DNA from: the human T2T-CHM13v2.0 reference genome, Homo sapiens
NCBI RefSeq assembly: GCF_009914755.1
Contig: NC_060928.1
DNA: 64,000 bases
Strand: one strand, 5' to 3'
Each line of letters begins with the position of its first letter. Positions within the stretch are counted from its first letter, which is position 1. Position numbers and translations under genes: made by a program. The notes below the pieces were generated by a model, which worked only from the letters and a program-made list of their open reading frames with translations, was not told the DNA's origin and ran no database searches. Below, piece by piece: positions 43,431 through 55,439 of this stretch.

Positions 43431-43899
43431 AGGCTCTGAGAACTACGACAGCCTCTCCTTGTTGGACATAATGCTAGGGGTTACTTTCTTCTTGAATCAT
43501 GCTTAATTTTCACTAGTGAGGTCTGTTACAGCCTATCTGTTCATAGGCAATGGTCCTTTTGCCAGGAAATGGGCAGAAACCCTAGCACAATAACCCATCG
43601 AATGTACTTAAGACATTTGTTGGTGGGTCAGGAGTAAAGTGGAATTGAGGAAGCACTCACTGTCTAAGGTCACTGCAGCCAAATAAGCATTAGTGGTTAA
43701 TCTGTAGACAGGCAGGGTGGCTGCATTTGGCAGGTTAAACAGGCAATAACACCATAGAGTGGGGAGGTTTTCTTTAATAGTTGTTACTAAAAGTGCAAAC
43801 GAGACTATATTATCATCTCACTGGTAGCATGAATACTGCTAGGTGAGAATCATGAACTGTTGAACTGTGAAGTCCTCTTTTGACTCTGCAATGCCACCA

Positions 43900-44150
43900 T
43901 AGCTATTATGGTATGATAGTTAAGAGCATAGCATGTGGAGCCAGGTGGACTTTTAATTCAAGCACGGCTCCATAGCTTATGGCTTAGGTGATCCTGAGCA
44001 ATTTCCTGAACATGTCTAAGCCTGTGTCTTCATTTGCAAAGTGGGGATAATATTTCTTATGGCATTATGCTTTGGGAGGATTAAATAAAATATGACTGAC
44101 CAGTGCTCAGTGTCTGATAATATTGAGTAAGCACTCATTAAATTGCAGTT
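43900..44150 (+). mobile_element. MIR SINE
   Basis: GTTAAGAGCA...TGGAGCCAG...GCCTGTGTCTTCATTTGCAAAGTGGGGATAATA...GAGGATTAAATAA. Confidence 0.8.
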
Positions 44151-44849
44151 CTCATTATTTGATATTAACATTATTATTAATGATATTATTACTGTCATTA
44201 TGAGCATTATTATTATTACTGTAGGTGGCAGTCTGGTTTTCCCCTCTTCCCTCCAAAACTTCAGTACTACAATTATTGCTTCATTCATTTACTCAACAGA
44301 TGTTTATTAAGCTCCCATTATTTGCAGGGTTCTGAGATAACTGGGATTGAAAAGTGAATAAGACATGTTGCAAGACCTCAAATGCGGGTGGCAAAACTAG
44401 ACTTTTTGCCTCTTTTGGGATAGCCTTTACTCAGAAGTAATATAACTGAATCTATTGCCTGTACTTTGTTAAAGGACTGAACTCAAGAAAGACTTGTTCC
44501 GTGTCACCTGGCCTGTTCACTGAGCAGTAACCCTCTTCCTTTTAGAAATGGTGTGGGCACAGGTGTGTGTATTTTCTCTACATGTATAAGTTAGACCTGA
44601 CTATGGATTAGGAATGAGTTAGTATTGCTGGAGCTGTCTTAGGTGGTAACAGTATGGCAATGACAGTGTGTGGTTTTAGGTGAATGGGACTTGGGTGCAT
44701 GTTTTGCTTTGCTGCAGCTGTCTTTCTCACTCTGAGCTGCTAAGAGGTTCCTGAAAAGGCAGGGCTATTTGTGCCTCCATATATGACTTTGTACGAGTTC
44801 TTCCCTTTTCTGTAAACAATCATCTCTGTCTACCAATGCTTCTCTAGGG

Positions 44850-45152
44850 AGCCTTGCTGATACTCTTGCCTGTGAAGTAGGGTGGACCACATTCTCCTTT
44901 GGCCCCACTGTGCTCTCTATAAACTTTGATAATTATATGTGAAATTGTTTTCTCATGTAAAGATACAGACATATATCAGATACAGACTGATACATGTCTT
45001 TATATTTCTGCTAAATCATAAGTCCCTTAAGGAGAAAAACTGTTTCTTGTTGATCTTGTACTTTTAGCATACAGCACAGTGTCCAGAACCTCAATGGGAG
45101 TCTAGTAAAAACTTGCTAAATAGGTGGGTGAATGAATAAATGAATGAATGAA
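44850..45152 (+). mobile_element. L2 3' end
   Basis: AGCATACAGCACAGTGTCCAG...GAATGAATAAATGAATGAATGA tail. Confidence 0.6.
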
Positions 45153-46779
45153 ATGATGTAGTACAGATATATAAGATTAATTATTCTACCCTAAAACTTT
45201 TTCTGCATAATCAGTGAAGTCTCCAACAGGGACTACTTCTCATGCTTGTATTTCACACTCTTGATTCTCTTACCACAGCTAAACCCTCAAAGGACTATCC
45301 CCTTCATACTCTTACTAACCAAACTCTGAACATTCAAATCAGTGTTTCAGAAAGTAAATACCATCCTCCCTAGTTACTTTTGACAACTGCTGTCAGACAT
45401 TTTCACTCACCTAAAAATCATATAGATTTGTCATCACTTTCAATTTCCTAAAAAGGCCCAACTGTCTTTCCCCATCACTCCCAAACCTGATGACAATTCT
45501 AATTCTCTTTTCCTTCCTCCTACCCTCCAAGTGCATAACCTTTTCCCCTGTCTTGACCCCATCTCTTCTCAGTTACTGATAACCTTTGCCTCAAACTCCT
45601 TCCCCATCTTATACTCTTGATTAATCTATCTATCCCTCTCAGAATCTTTCTTAGCTTTGTTCAAGCATGTTGGCTTTTACTTTTTACACAAAGTCATCAC
45701 TAAATTCTATCTGCTCTTTTAGCCATTATCCCACACATGGCCTTTTGTTATTAATCTCTTATCCCTGTCCTTTTCCCCAGGCTCTTTCAAGCCACATTTA
45801 CACATGAACAGGTCTGCCATATCTTCACAAAGTTATCATTGGATTCCACATACTTATCCAACAGCCACTCAAGATTCTCCTACTGTTCATCATATCTAAA
45901 CCCATGTGGTAGTTCCTTGATCTCCTTCCATCTGAGACAATTGAAGTAGTCCTGAGAACTATAACAAGTAAGTTTTTGAGTCAGCTACCAAGGTCAACTA
46001 ATAATCTCTCTAGAATTCAACCTTTGGTCCTTCCCACTCTTTTCAACATTAGATAGCTGATCCTGACCCCTTTTTCTGTTAAGATATTGTGCTTGTTCAC
46101 TTTCTGTCTTTACTAAGTCATCGATTTAACAGCATCTTTCTGATTCCATTATATTCAAGCAACATCCATTATCTACACTGTAAGTATTGGAAAAAATATA
46201 AAATATATAAAGCACCTAGGGCAATGCCTATCACAAAATAGTTCTTTCAATATCACTTCTCTATCTTGACCCTTTTTCTTTGCCCACAGCAATACTGTGG
46301 ATTCTTTTACTTCACAGGCGGAAAATGGGTACAGACAGATCAATTAAACTTCCCTCGAAGTTGCAGCTAATCTGTGACTACATCAGAACCAGGAATCAGG
46401 TCTCCCTCTCCAGGCACAAACATAGCATTCGTCTATGACCTCTCTGCTTCTGAACTATGCTTTCTATCGTGAAATTTTATTTCCGAAACTCCAAGGAGAT
46501 TTCCAGATTTAATAATTATGTGAAACACAGATATTATTAACAATAGAGTAAGACTGGCAAATGTGCACCAACTTAAAACAAACTTATGGGTGCTAGGATG
46601 AAATGAATTTGAAAAATAGAAAAGAATTGATTACTTACATGCACAAGAATGCTGACCTTACAAAGGAGGAGCCACTGAAAGTACTCCTAAAGTGTTCTGT
46701 ACCCTGTTACATAATTATATGTTTTATATAATTACATACACATATATAAATACTATATTATTTAAAGTAGCTTTTAATC

Positions 46780-47072
46780 TTTTTTTTTCTTTGAGATGGA
46801 GTCTTGCTCTGTTGTCCAGGCTGGAGAGAAGTGGCCCGATGTCAACTCACTCCAACCTCCGTCTACTGAGTTCAAGTGATTCTTGTGCCTCAGACTCCAG
46901 AGGATCTGGGATCACAGGCGTGTGCCACCACGCCTGGCTAATTTTTGTATTTTTAGTAAGATGGGGTTTCACCATATTGGCCAGGCTGATCTCCAACCCT
47001 TGACCTCAGATGATCCGCCCACCTCGGCCTCCCAAAGTCCTGGGATTACAGGTGTGAGCCACCATGCCCAGA
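46780..47072 (-). mobile_element. Alu (AluS-like, diverged)
   Basis: Poly-T plus a full antisense Alu; imperfect TSD AAA.TAGC.T.TAATCTT. Confidence 0.93.
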
Positions 47073-47499
47073 GTAAAATAGCATCTAATCTTCAAAGTTT
47101 AATTTATATAAAAACTTTCAAAGCCATTGTATGAACTGTGAGCTATATGGTAATACCTTGGTTAAGTGGGTGGTCAGCTATGGGTACATGCATCAACCAA
47201 AAGAAATGATGACTTTGTGAATCTCAGTACAACATTTTCAGGTAGTTCTGCCAATGATTATCTTGGCAACAATGGGAAATTCCTTAACCTCTATTGAACT
47301 GTGGTTGATACATCTATAAAATGATGATAGTGCCGAGGATTAAAAATAGTTTATACAGTGCCTAATGCAATGCTTGGCACATAATGGTGCTATTTTCCTC
47401 TTCTTCCTCTCATCCAGCCTCTTTGTGAGATTCTCTGATTACAGTCCATGGAAGTTAGCACTCATATCACAATTATCAAAGCTTTCTTCAGGGAGTCAC

Positions 47500-48035
47500 A
47501 TTTTTACATTTTCACTTGTTTGTAACAGAAAAAATAAAAAGGAAATATCCTCAATATCTAATGATGAAGAATTGGTTAAACATATTTTGATACATCTATT
47601 TAATGAGATGCTGTCCATCTTAAATGTTAGTGTGTATTTGTATACGTCAATATAAAGAGCAATTCATAATATAGTATTAATTGAAATGGCAAGCTCAAAA
47701 CAATACATGCAAGTCCGATACCATTTAAATAAATCATATGCATATAAAAACATATTATTTACACATAACAGAACACACCATTACTGGATTCCATGTGGCT
47801 GGACAATTAAGATGCTTTTAAAAATTTTATTTCTTATTAAAAACAAGCTAAAGAACACAAATGTGATTTACTGAAGAAAAGCTTTAACACCCTCTGAAGA
47901 TTTTACATGAGAATTTTAACTAACAATCTGAATCTTAGTGTAATGAGATTATGGTTGATTAAAAAATTTAATATATATTACATACTTTTTAAAAAATAAG
48001 TATATATTACTTGCTTAATAAAAAATAATAAAAGC
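47500..48035 (+). mobile_element. Ancient L1ME-like 3' fragments
   Basis: TTGTTTGTAACAGAAAA...TTGGTTAAA..., ending in TATATATTACTTGCTTAATAAAAA. Confidence 0.5.
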
Positions 48036-48386
48036 TGACAAAAACAAGCAAACCCTATATTCATTGAACCACATCATATACCCTGGTAGGTCAATGTACC
48101 ACACGTACATTCCCGTATGAGAAGGGACTTACGAAATGCCTGAATGTAAAAATACACCAGTTCTTTTTTTTTCAAATGCATACAGCAAATATCTGCTATC
48201 AATGTTAAATAATTTTTCAGTTGTATTTGTGTATCTACAGATTCTAAATGTGACCAATATTTTCAATGACACTTCATGCCGTAATCATTAGAGTCAATGT
48301 ACAAGTATTATTGTAGTTTGGATTCCTGGAAAAAATGCATACAGATTCAAACAAACTTGTAAAATCTAAACAGAGTCTTTTATTAG

Positions 48387-48402
48387 TGACCCCTAATGAC
48401 CC
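48387..48402 (-). promoter_or_regulatory. DR4 nuclear receptor element (GGGTCA-ttag-GGGTCA)
   Basis: Exact match to a direct repeat of RGGTCA spaced by 4 in non-repeat DNA; binding is not shown. Confidence 0.35.
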
Positions 48403-48939
48403 ACAATCAAAGCTAAACATCTTGACTAAACAATTATCTTTGGGAATTGAAATGTAAACAGAAAGAAAATTCGCTGTTTACCCTTACTCTGTGTGGCTAT
48501 TCCTCTCTGGCATTTTCACATCTACATTCATTCTATCAATATTATAAAGTTCTTGTTAAAATTTTAAATCACTTTCTTATTTAGAAAACAAAATGAATAT
48601 AATTTTATATCTACATACCTAAATAAATTGCCTTCCCTGTATACATACAATCTCTTCAACAAAACCCAGTATAAAACCATGCAGGAAATGGCAGACTTTG
48701 TTCTTAGAACCAGGCATATAAAATGCCTTCTGAATATTATTTATTATTTTGCCCTTTCCACTCATATTTCTAAATCAGTTTGTCTCTCTAATATTATCAC
48801 ATGAATAGTTTTGCCAAACTTGGGTACACTCATCTGCATGCAAGTCCTTAGAATGGTTTCCCAAGAACTGTTTTAATATTGGAAGTTCTCGTGCTGATTA
48901 AAAATTTTGAAAATAATCTTTAAAATATATGGAGGTATA

Positions 48940-49020
48940 CCACTGAACTGCAAACTTAAAAATGGTTAAGATGGTACATTTTATGTTATGTGTATTTTAC
49001 CACAATAAAAATAATAAGTT
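48940..49020 (+). mobile_element. Short L1MB-like extreme 3' end
   Basis: CCACTGAACTG..AACTTAAAAATGGTTAAGATGGTA.ATTTTATGTTATGTGTATTTTACCACAATAAAAA. Confidence 0.8.
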
Positions 49021-50686
49021 TTAAAAAATAGTCAATAAGCCTATATTGGGAAGTCTTCCCATTAGGGAGAAATATATGGAGGTATATGTATGTGTATTTA
49101 GAAAAAGGAAGCTTCACCAAGGATTAATTTCTACCTTTGCATGGACTCTAAGGAATTGAGATTAATACAAAGCCTAAAAAGAAATAGATCTGGTATACTT
49201 TATAAATCCCAGGCAGTCAGATCAAAGTTGGTATGAATGCCATTTGTTAAAAGTCAGAACATTGTGTCATATACTTTTACTTTGAATGGACATGATTTGT
49301 GGACTTACCTCATTACACTATGAGTAAGGAATAATTTCAGGAAACTCCATTTTAGGAGTCAGATATTTTAGCTGCACAAACCTCCTGCAGAGACAGAACA
49401 AAAAAAGTAAAATTCCTTTTGTTTTAGCTTTCTACAATCATAAACCTGTGCAAATGTAGAGATAAATAGCATTGCCAAAGGCAAATATTGCTTCCAACTG
49501 ATGGTATAGCAGACTATCAACTTGTCCTTGCCTGCCTCATGACTTTTGTTGTTTACTTACCAAAGAAATGTCACTTTTAAAAATGTGTAAATGTCCTTAC
49601 ATGGAACTCATAACAAATGGAGAGAAAAACAGAATAAAGAAGGAAATAGTAAATGATTATAACAAACTCTTTAGTCCCTTACTTGGCCATCTGTCTTCAA
49701 TTTCAGGCATGTTGTTTTGAGTACCGTCCCATTGTGACCAAATATAATGGGATAGGCAAGTTAATGAACTACAGCAAGTACCATCATAAATGTGATGTAT
49801 CACCAAGGCAAAGCCACCCAAGATGCAAGGCAGCTACTGTTTTTCTGTGAAGCTACTAGTTTCTTGTACAGTGCTCTGGGGAAAAGAGTAGCCTCATTTA
49901 TCTCTTTATTTATTGTAAAGTCTCAGACTGCTGCCTCATTCTTTCTCCCTTCCTGACCTTGACCTCCAAAGAAAAATGAAAGAGGCAGAGAAGCCACAGA
50001 GAGATGTAGGCAAAAAAGAGAGAGAGAAGATTTGGATTTACCTGAAGGAAAATATGTGTTCATCACTTTCTTCACTAGTCAGGATTCCTGAATAAATTAT
50101 CAAATCAATTTTGCCAAAGTGGAAACATTTGTTGGCCGACTCAGGCACTAACCAACTGTGTCTTTGCATATTTCTTTCCCAAACTAAACCCTTTCCTCAA
50201 AAATACCTGTATGTTTTACATTCTTTAAATTTGTTCAGAGTGTTTATAAGTAGACACTATTGTCTGAAGCAGTGAATTTAGTTTCTTGCTTATGAAAAAT
50301 ATTTAAAATGGTACTAGAAATAAAAGACACAGTGTTAGTAACTAGAGGCTTGAGAGATTGTATTGGAGAAGTCTGAGTCTCTGTCGATCCATTTTTATTC
50401 TTGTGTGAAATGGATTGAGTGATTTTGTTTTAAATGGCTAGTTGATAATAAAGCTCATTACTGTAAGAGATTAGAATATCTTCCTGAACTCATTTCATTC
50501 TCTGACTTTATCTTTCTCATCTATTCCACTTTATCCAAGTGAAAATTTGTTCTCTATGTATTTCAGCTGATTTAAGACATGAAGCTGCTTTCTCATTCAC
50601 AGGTGCTAAAAAGCAGCCCGATCTTTCATCTTAGAATTCTCCATTTTCTGTGGGGTTCTTCATACCTAGCATCTATTATTTTGCAG

Positions 50687-51742
50687 TGTTATGGGCCTAA
50701 TTTTGAAATTCCCACCTCAGGTGGATACACCCTGTGTACACCCCATTTCTTGAGTGAGAACAAGACTTTGAATATGATGAATTTCACTCCTATAATTTAT
50801 AGGCTACCTTCTATAGCAAAGGTGAAAAGATTACACTGAGTTAACTAAGGCCCCAAATCAGTTGAACTTCAGTTAATTGACCTAATTAGGTGACCTACTC
50901 AGGTGAGCCCTGAAAAGGGGTTGCGTATTAGTCCCTTCTAGCATTGCTATGAGAATGGGTAATTAATGAAGAATAGAGGTTTAATTGGCTCATGGTTCTG
51001 CAGGTTGTACAAGAAACATAATGGCTTCTGATTCTAGGAAGCCCCCGGGAAACTTACAGTCATGGTGGAAGGCAAAGGGGGAGCCAGTACCTCACATGGC
51101 CGGAGCAGGAGGAAGAGAGAGAGGTGGGAGGTGCTATACACTGTTAAACAACCAGATCTCACGATAACTCACCCACTATCATGAGAACAGCACCAAGGGG
51201 ATGGTGCTAAGCTATTAATGAGAAGTCCACCCCCATGATCCAATCATCTTCCTCCAGGTCCCACTTCCAACACTGGGGATTATAATTCAACCTGAGATTT
51301 GGTGGGGACACAGATCCAAACAATATCAGGCTGCATCCTTCCTGAAAGAAGTGATTCAAAGTACAAAGGTTTCTATTTCTGGCCATAGTAGGAGGAAATT
51401 ACTATGTTATGGAGAGGGCCATCTGCAAGGAATGATGGGTGCCCACAAAGAACTGAGAGTGACCTCTGGCTGACAGCCTGCAAGAAAACGTGGACATGAG
51501 TCCTACAGCTGCAAGGCACTGAGGTCTTCCAATCACTTGAATGAGCTTGGAAGAAAATCCTGAGATTAGACCACACCCCTGGCTGACCCCTTGATTTCAG
51601 CCTGATGAGGCCATGAGCAGAGGACCCAGTTGACCTGTGTATAGACTCTTGGCCCACGAAAACTGTGAGATAATGGATTTATATTTGTTTTATGTCACTA
51701 AGTTTGGGGTAATTTGTTATGCAGCAATGGAAAACTAAAACA
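50687..51742 (+). mobile_element. MLT1E-like LTR interrupted by an MSTA LTR
   Basis: TAAGGCCCCAAATCAGTTGA...; CTGACAGCCTGCAAGAAA, AATGAGCTTGGAAG and TTTGTTATGCAGCAATGGAAAACTAAAACA. Confidence 0.8.
50924..51328 (-). mobile_element. MSTA-like MaLR solo LTR
   Basis: CGTATTAGTCC...GGCTCATGGTTCTGCAGG...CAGCACCAAGGGGATGGTGCTAA...CAGATCCAAACAATATCA; TSD GGTTG/GGCTG. Confidence 0.9.
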
Positions 51743-53230
51743 CACAGCATATGAATGCACCAGAGGTATTGTAAAGTGTTTGATGATTACTTTCCCAGTC
51801 AATCCTCAGACTTATATTCATTGTCCTGAACTGCCACTCTTCAGTACTACTCATAATATAAAACTTATTTGGTTTTTGGAATAATCAAGCTGGACTCTAG
51901 ATGTGTCCCCTTCCCATTTCATAGATGAGGAAACTAAGGTTCAGAATAGTTGACTAGTGTGAGGATACACTGTAAGTAGAAAAAAATTTTAGATTTGTTT
52001 CAGAGATTTTTCCACAATGGTAGAGAAAGTAGATTAAGATTTACTTTTGATTTAACAATAATGGAATTAATCCCTCCCATTTCTGAGTTGGGGTAATATG
52101 GCTGATCTTTGTATTTCCTATAACACCAAATGCAGTTCTTTGCAGCTATGCTGGAACCCTTGTTTCTGGAAGTATCATATTGGCAGAGTACCTTGCACCT
52201 GATAAGTATTTAATGAATATTTTATGAATTAATGACTGACTTTAATGAGGCTTAATTGGCTGTGTAGATGGGAGAGATGATTAGAAATACAAATATGTCC
52301 GCAAAATTATAATGGGGTAGAGGATGGAGGCAGACAATAAAGAAAACAGAATGGCTTTTAAAACCAAATGCTTAAAGGTTTCGAAGGAAATCAAATGTTT
52401 CTAAGGAAATATTTGCCACATATATTAATGAAATACTTAAAACACTGTGATATACTCAAACCAAATCAACAAATAAAATAAAATAAAATCATCATTCATG
52501 AAATGGAAAACAGCATTAATGAAATAGAATTACAGAACTATGATTTCACCTGAAACTGGAGAAATACCATCATCTATTTCTTCTTGCCTCCCATGTCACT
52601 CCCATTGTGACAGCTATCTCAAAAATTAGATCAATGTGCAAAGATATTTTCACCAACCTCAGGTCACAATAACATCTTTTCTAAAGGAAGAGCAACAGTA
52701 GCCAAATTGGAAAGAACTAGAATCCCAGACTGCACCTGAAATACTCAGCTTTTGCTTTAACAAGGGATGTCCATAACTGAACTCCATACTTTTCTGGAGG
52801 TTCCCATTATTTCCTTGTGACAATAAACAGGAAGCTTGAGGTTGTTTGAAGGAAATGTCTTCCAATTCTCAATCCTCAAGGTCTAACCCAATGTTTCCAT
52901 GGGACATGGAAGTAAAGCATGTATTTTGCCGCTGATGTTTCTCCAGTTGTCAAAATCTCATAAGTGAGCGCATTTGACTTTAACAGCTCATGTGAGTTTC
53001 AGGAGTGCCAGTGGGCAGCAGCGGTCAGGACAGAAAAGCTCGTGGAACATTACGAATCATACAATCTCTCAGTGGGAATTTTAGAGGGTTGGTGTATTTC
53101 TTAAGTCTGATTTTCTATTGAACAAAGGATATTACAAAATCTGTGCTTCCTGGAGCAGATTTTTCTTTGGCCTCCACAGACATTTTAATGTGAGGGAAAA
53201 ATGCTGACACTGAATTTGATTTATTTTCAG

Positions 53231-53368
53231 TTTCAGAAAAACATGACCAACATGAACACCACTGAAGCATAAGTATCATAATTGAAGTGACAAAACAAAG
53301 AAAAGGACCAAATGTTCTCTGAAAGAAATTACCCTGGAGTGTTATTTACTCTGATTTCGGACTTCAGT
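53231..53368 (+). other. Candidate non-coding or 5' UTR exon
   Basis: Branch-like GCTGAC (53203-53208), TTTGATTTATTTTCAG acceptor and AGT|GTAAGT donor; all three frames contain stops. Confidence 0.3.
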
Positions 53369-53719
53369 GTAAGTGAGCCCACAAGCTGAAGTCCCAAACT
53401 GGAGTGGATAGGTCACCCTTGCCCCCAGGCCTAAAGGTTACTATAAGGGTAGTGATTCTGGGAAAGAGTACCCAATAATGGCTTATACTGTCAAAGCAGC
53501 CACACATAAACTGTTTATTAGTTTCTGTTAGTCCTGGTTTTTAGTCTAAAAGTGCTAGAAGCAACAATTATTCTTTAACATCACATATTGCAGATCTACA
53601 AGGCAATCGTTTGTCAGGAGCACGCTAATGACCTGAAAGAGTAAATACTAGTTCCAAAGATGTTTAAATTATCACTAGCACATAGCTAACATATAACAAA
53701 TATCTGGTAAGTCTATTAA

Positions 53720-53919
53720 AACTGCAAAATACAAGATGCCTGGCCACATTTGAATTTTAGATAAATAACAAACTTTTTTAGGATAAGAAAATATTGTATG
53801 GGCATGCTTATATAAAAATATTGTATGGGCATGCTTATATAAAAATTATTCATTGTTTATCTGAAATTCAGTTTTAATTGGGTATTCTGAATTTTCACTT
53901 GCAAAATCTGGTAAACCTG
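53720..53919. mobile_element. MER53 palindromic hAT MITE with a 27-bp internal tandem duplication
   Basis: TTTGAATTTTAGATAAATAAC pairs with TTGTTTATCTGAAATTCAG; ends ATCTGGTAAACCTG; duplication at 53788-53841. Confidence 0.8.
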
Positions 53920-54217
53920 TTTTTTTATTTTTATTATTTTTATTTTTTAAGTTCCAGAGTACATGTGCAGGATGTGCAGGTTTGTTACATAGGTAAACGT
54001 GTGCCATGGTGGTTTGCTGCACCTATCAACCCATCACCTAGGTGTTAAGCCCGGCATGCATTAGCTATTTTTTCTAATGCTCTCCTCACCCCCACCTTCC
54101 CCTGACAGGCCCCAGTGTGTGTTGTTCCCCTCCCGGTATCCATGTGTCCTTGGTGTTCAGCTCCCACTTATAAGTGAGAACATGCAGTGTTTGGTTTTCT
54201 GTTCCTGCGTTAGTTTG
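53920..54217 (-). mobile_element. Short LINE-1 3' end (L1PA10-12-like)
   Basis: T-rich tail, then GTACATGTGCAGGATGTGCAGG...CACCTAGGTGTTAAGCCC.GCATGCATTAGC; TSD GTAAACCTGTT/GCAAACCTATT. Confidence 0.9.
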
Positions 54218-54489
54218 GCAAACCTATTCCAAAAACAGTAAGATGAAATCACTCTGAACTTCCTAGATGACACATTTTATTCTTAAAGTCATTAATGTGC
54301 ACGTTACCTGAAAAGAAATGCAGGATGAATAGTTATTTCCTTATCAGTTTCTCTATTGGACTATGCACACTAACCTGGAGAGAAGGTGAGAGTCCAGTAA
54401 TATGTATCCTAACAAGGGCAACCAGAATAGTTGAGAGGCCTGTGATAGGTTCCTCAAATACCTAACCTTTAGTCACATTTGATCAAACA

Positions 54490-54642
54490 ATTTTTATCAG
54501 GTTTTAATTGACAAATAAAAATTGTATATATTCAAGGTGTGCGATGTGATGATTTGAAATATGTAACATTGTGTTTTATACATATATATATATATATTTT
54601 AAATTAGTCGACGTGTCCATCATCACACGTAGTTACCCTGGT

Positions 54643-54681
<39 letters not shown>

Positions 54682-55222
54682 TTTGGTGTATGTGTGGTGA
54701 AGACACTTAAGATATACTCTCTTAGCAGATGTCAAGTAAACAATACAGTATTGTTAGCTATAGTCACCATACTGTACATTAGAGCCCCAGAACTTATTCA
54801 TCTTACAGCTAAAAGTTTGGACCATCTGACCACCATTTTCTCCCATCTTCCAGCCCCTGGTAACAACCATTCTATTCTCTTTTTCTATGAATTAGACTTT
54901 TTAAGATTTCACCTATAAATGAGATCATACAGTATTTGTCTCTCTGTGTCTGACTTATTCCACTTAGCATATTACCCTCCATGCTCATTCATGTTGTTGC
55001 AATCAGCAGAATTCCACTATTTTTAAGGCTGAACACAAGCATACATACACACATCACATTATCTTTATTCATTCAGTCATTGATGAATGCAGCTTGTTTC
55101 CATATCTTGGCTACTGTGAATGGGGCTGCATTGAACATGGGAATGCAGATATCTCTTCAACACTGATTTCATTTCCTTTGGATTCATACCTAGAAGCTGG
55201 ATTACTGGATCATTTGGTAATC
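54490..55222 (-). mobile_element. LINE-1 3' end (L1MA8/9-like) containing (TTTA)n
   Basis: AATTGACAAATAAAAATTGTATATATTCAAGGTG...CTATAGTCACCATACTGTACATTAG...ATGCAGATATCTCTTCAACA. Confidence 0.88.
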
Positions 55223-55439
55223 TAAACAAGCTATTTTTAAATAGAGATTGAGGATGTGTTTACGCAATACTTATTATCAAACTTTGTTGTAGGCATCTTG
55301 AACACAAAATCAAAGCACAGTCTCTTGGATTGAAAAGCTTAAATTCATGTTGTTAAGGAAACAGTAAAAATACATGGGACACACAATTAGAAAATGATGA
55401 AAACCAATTTATTCATCATTCAGACGTGTGCTATACAGA

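Noticed and set aside
48133-48154. 7-nt minus-strand microexon (TTCAG|GCATTTC|GTAAGT)
   Set aside because: Not frame-preserving, and there is no host gene context.
52658-52735. Minus-strand 78 nt exon (TTTCAG|...GAG|GTTGGT)
   Set aside because: Weak polypyrimidine tract, mediocre donor and stops in all frames; chance level.
53005-53023. CTCF-like motif GTGCCAGTGGGCAGCA
   Set aside because: It lacks the conserved 5' CC of the core; weak match.
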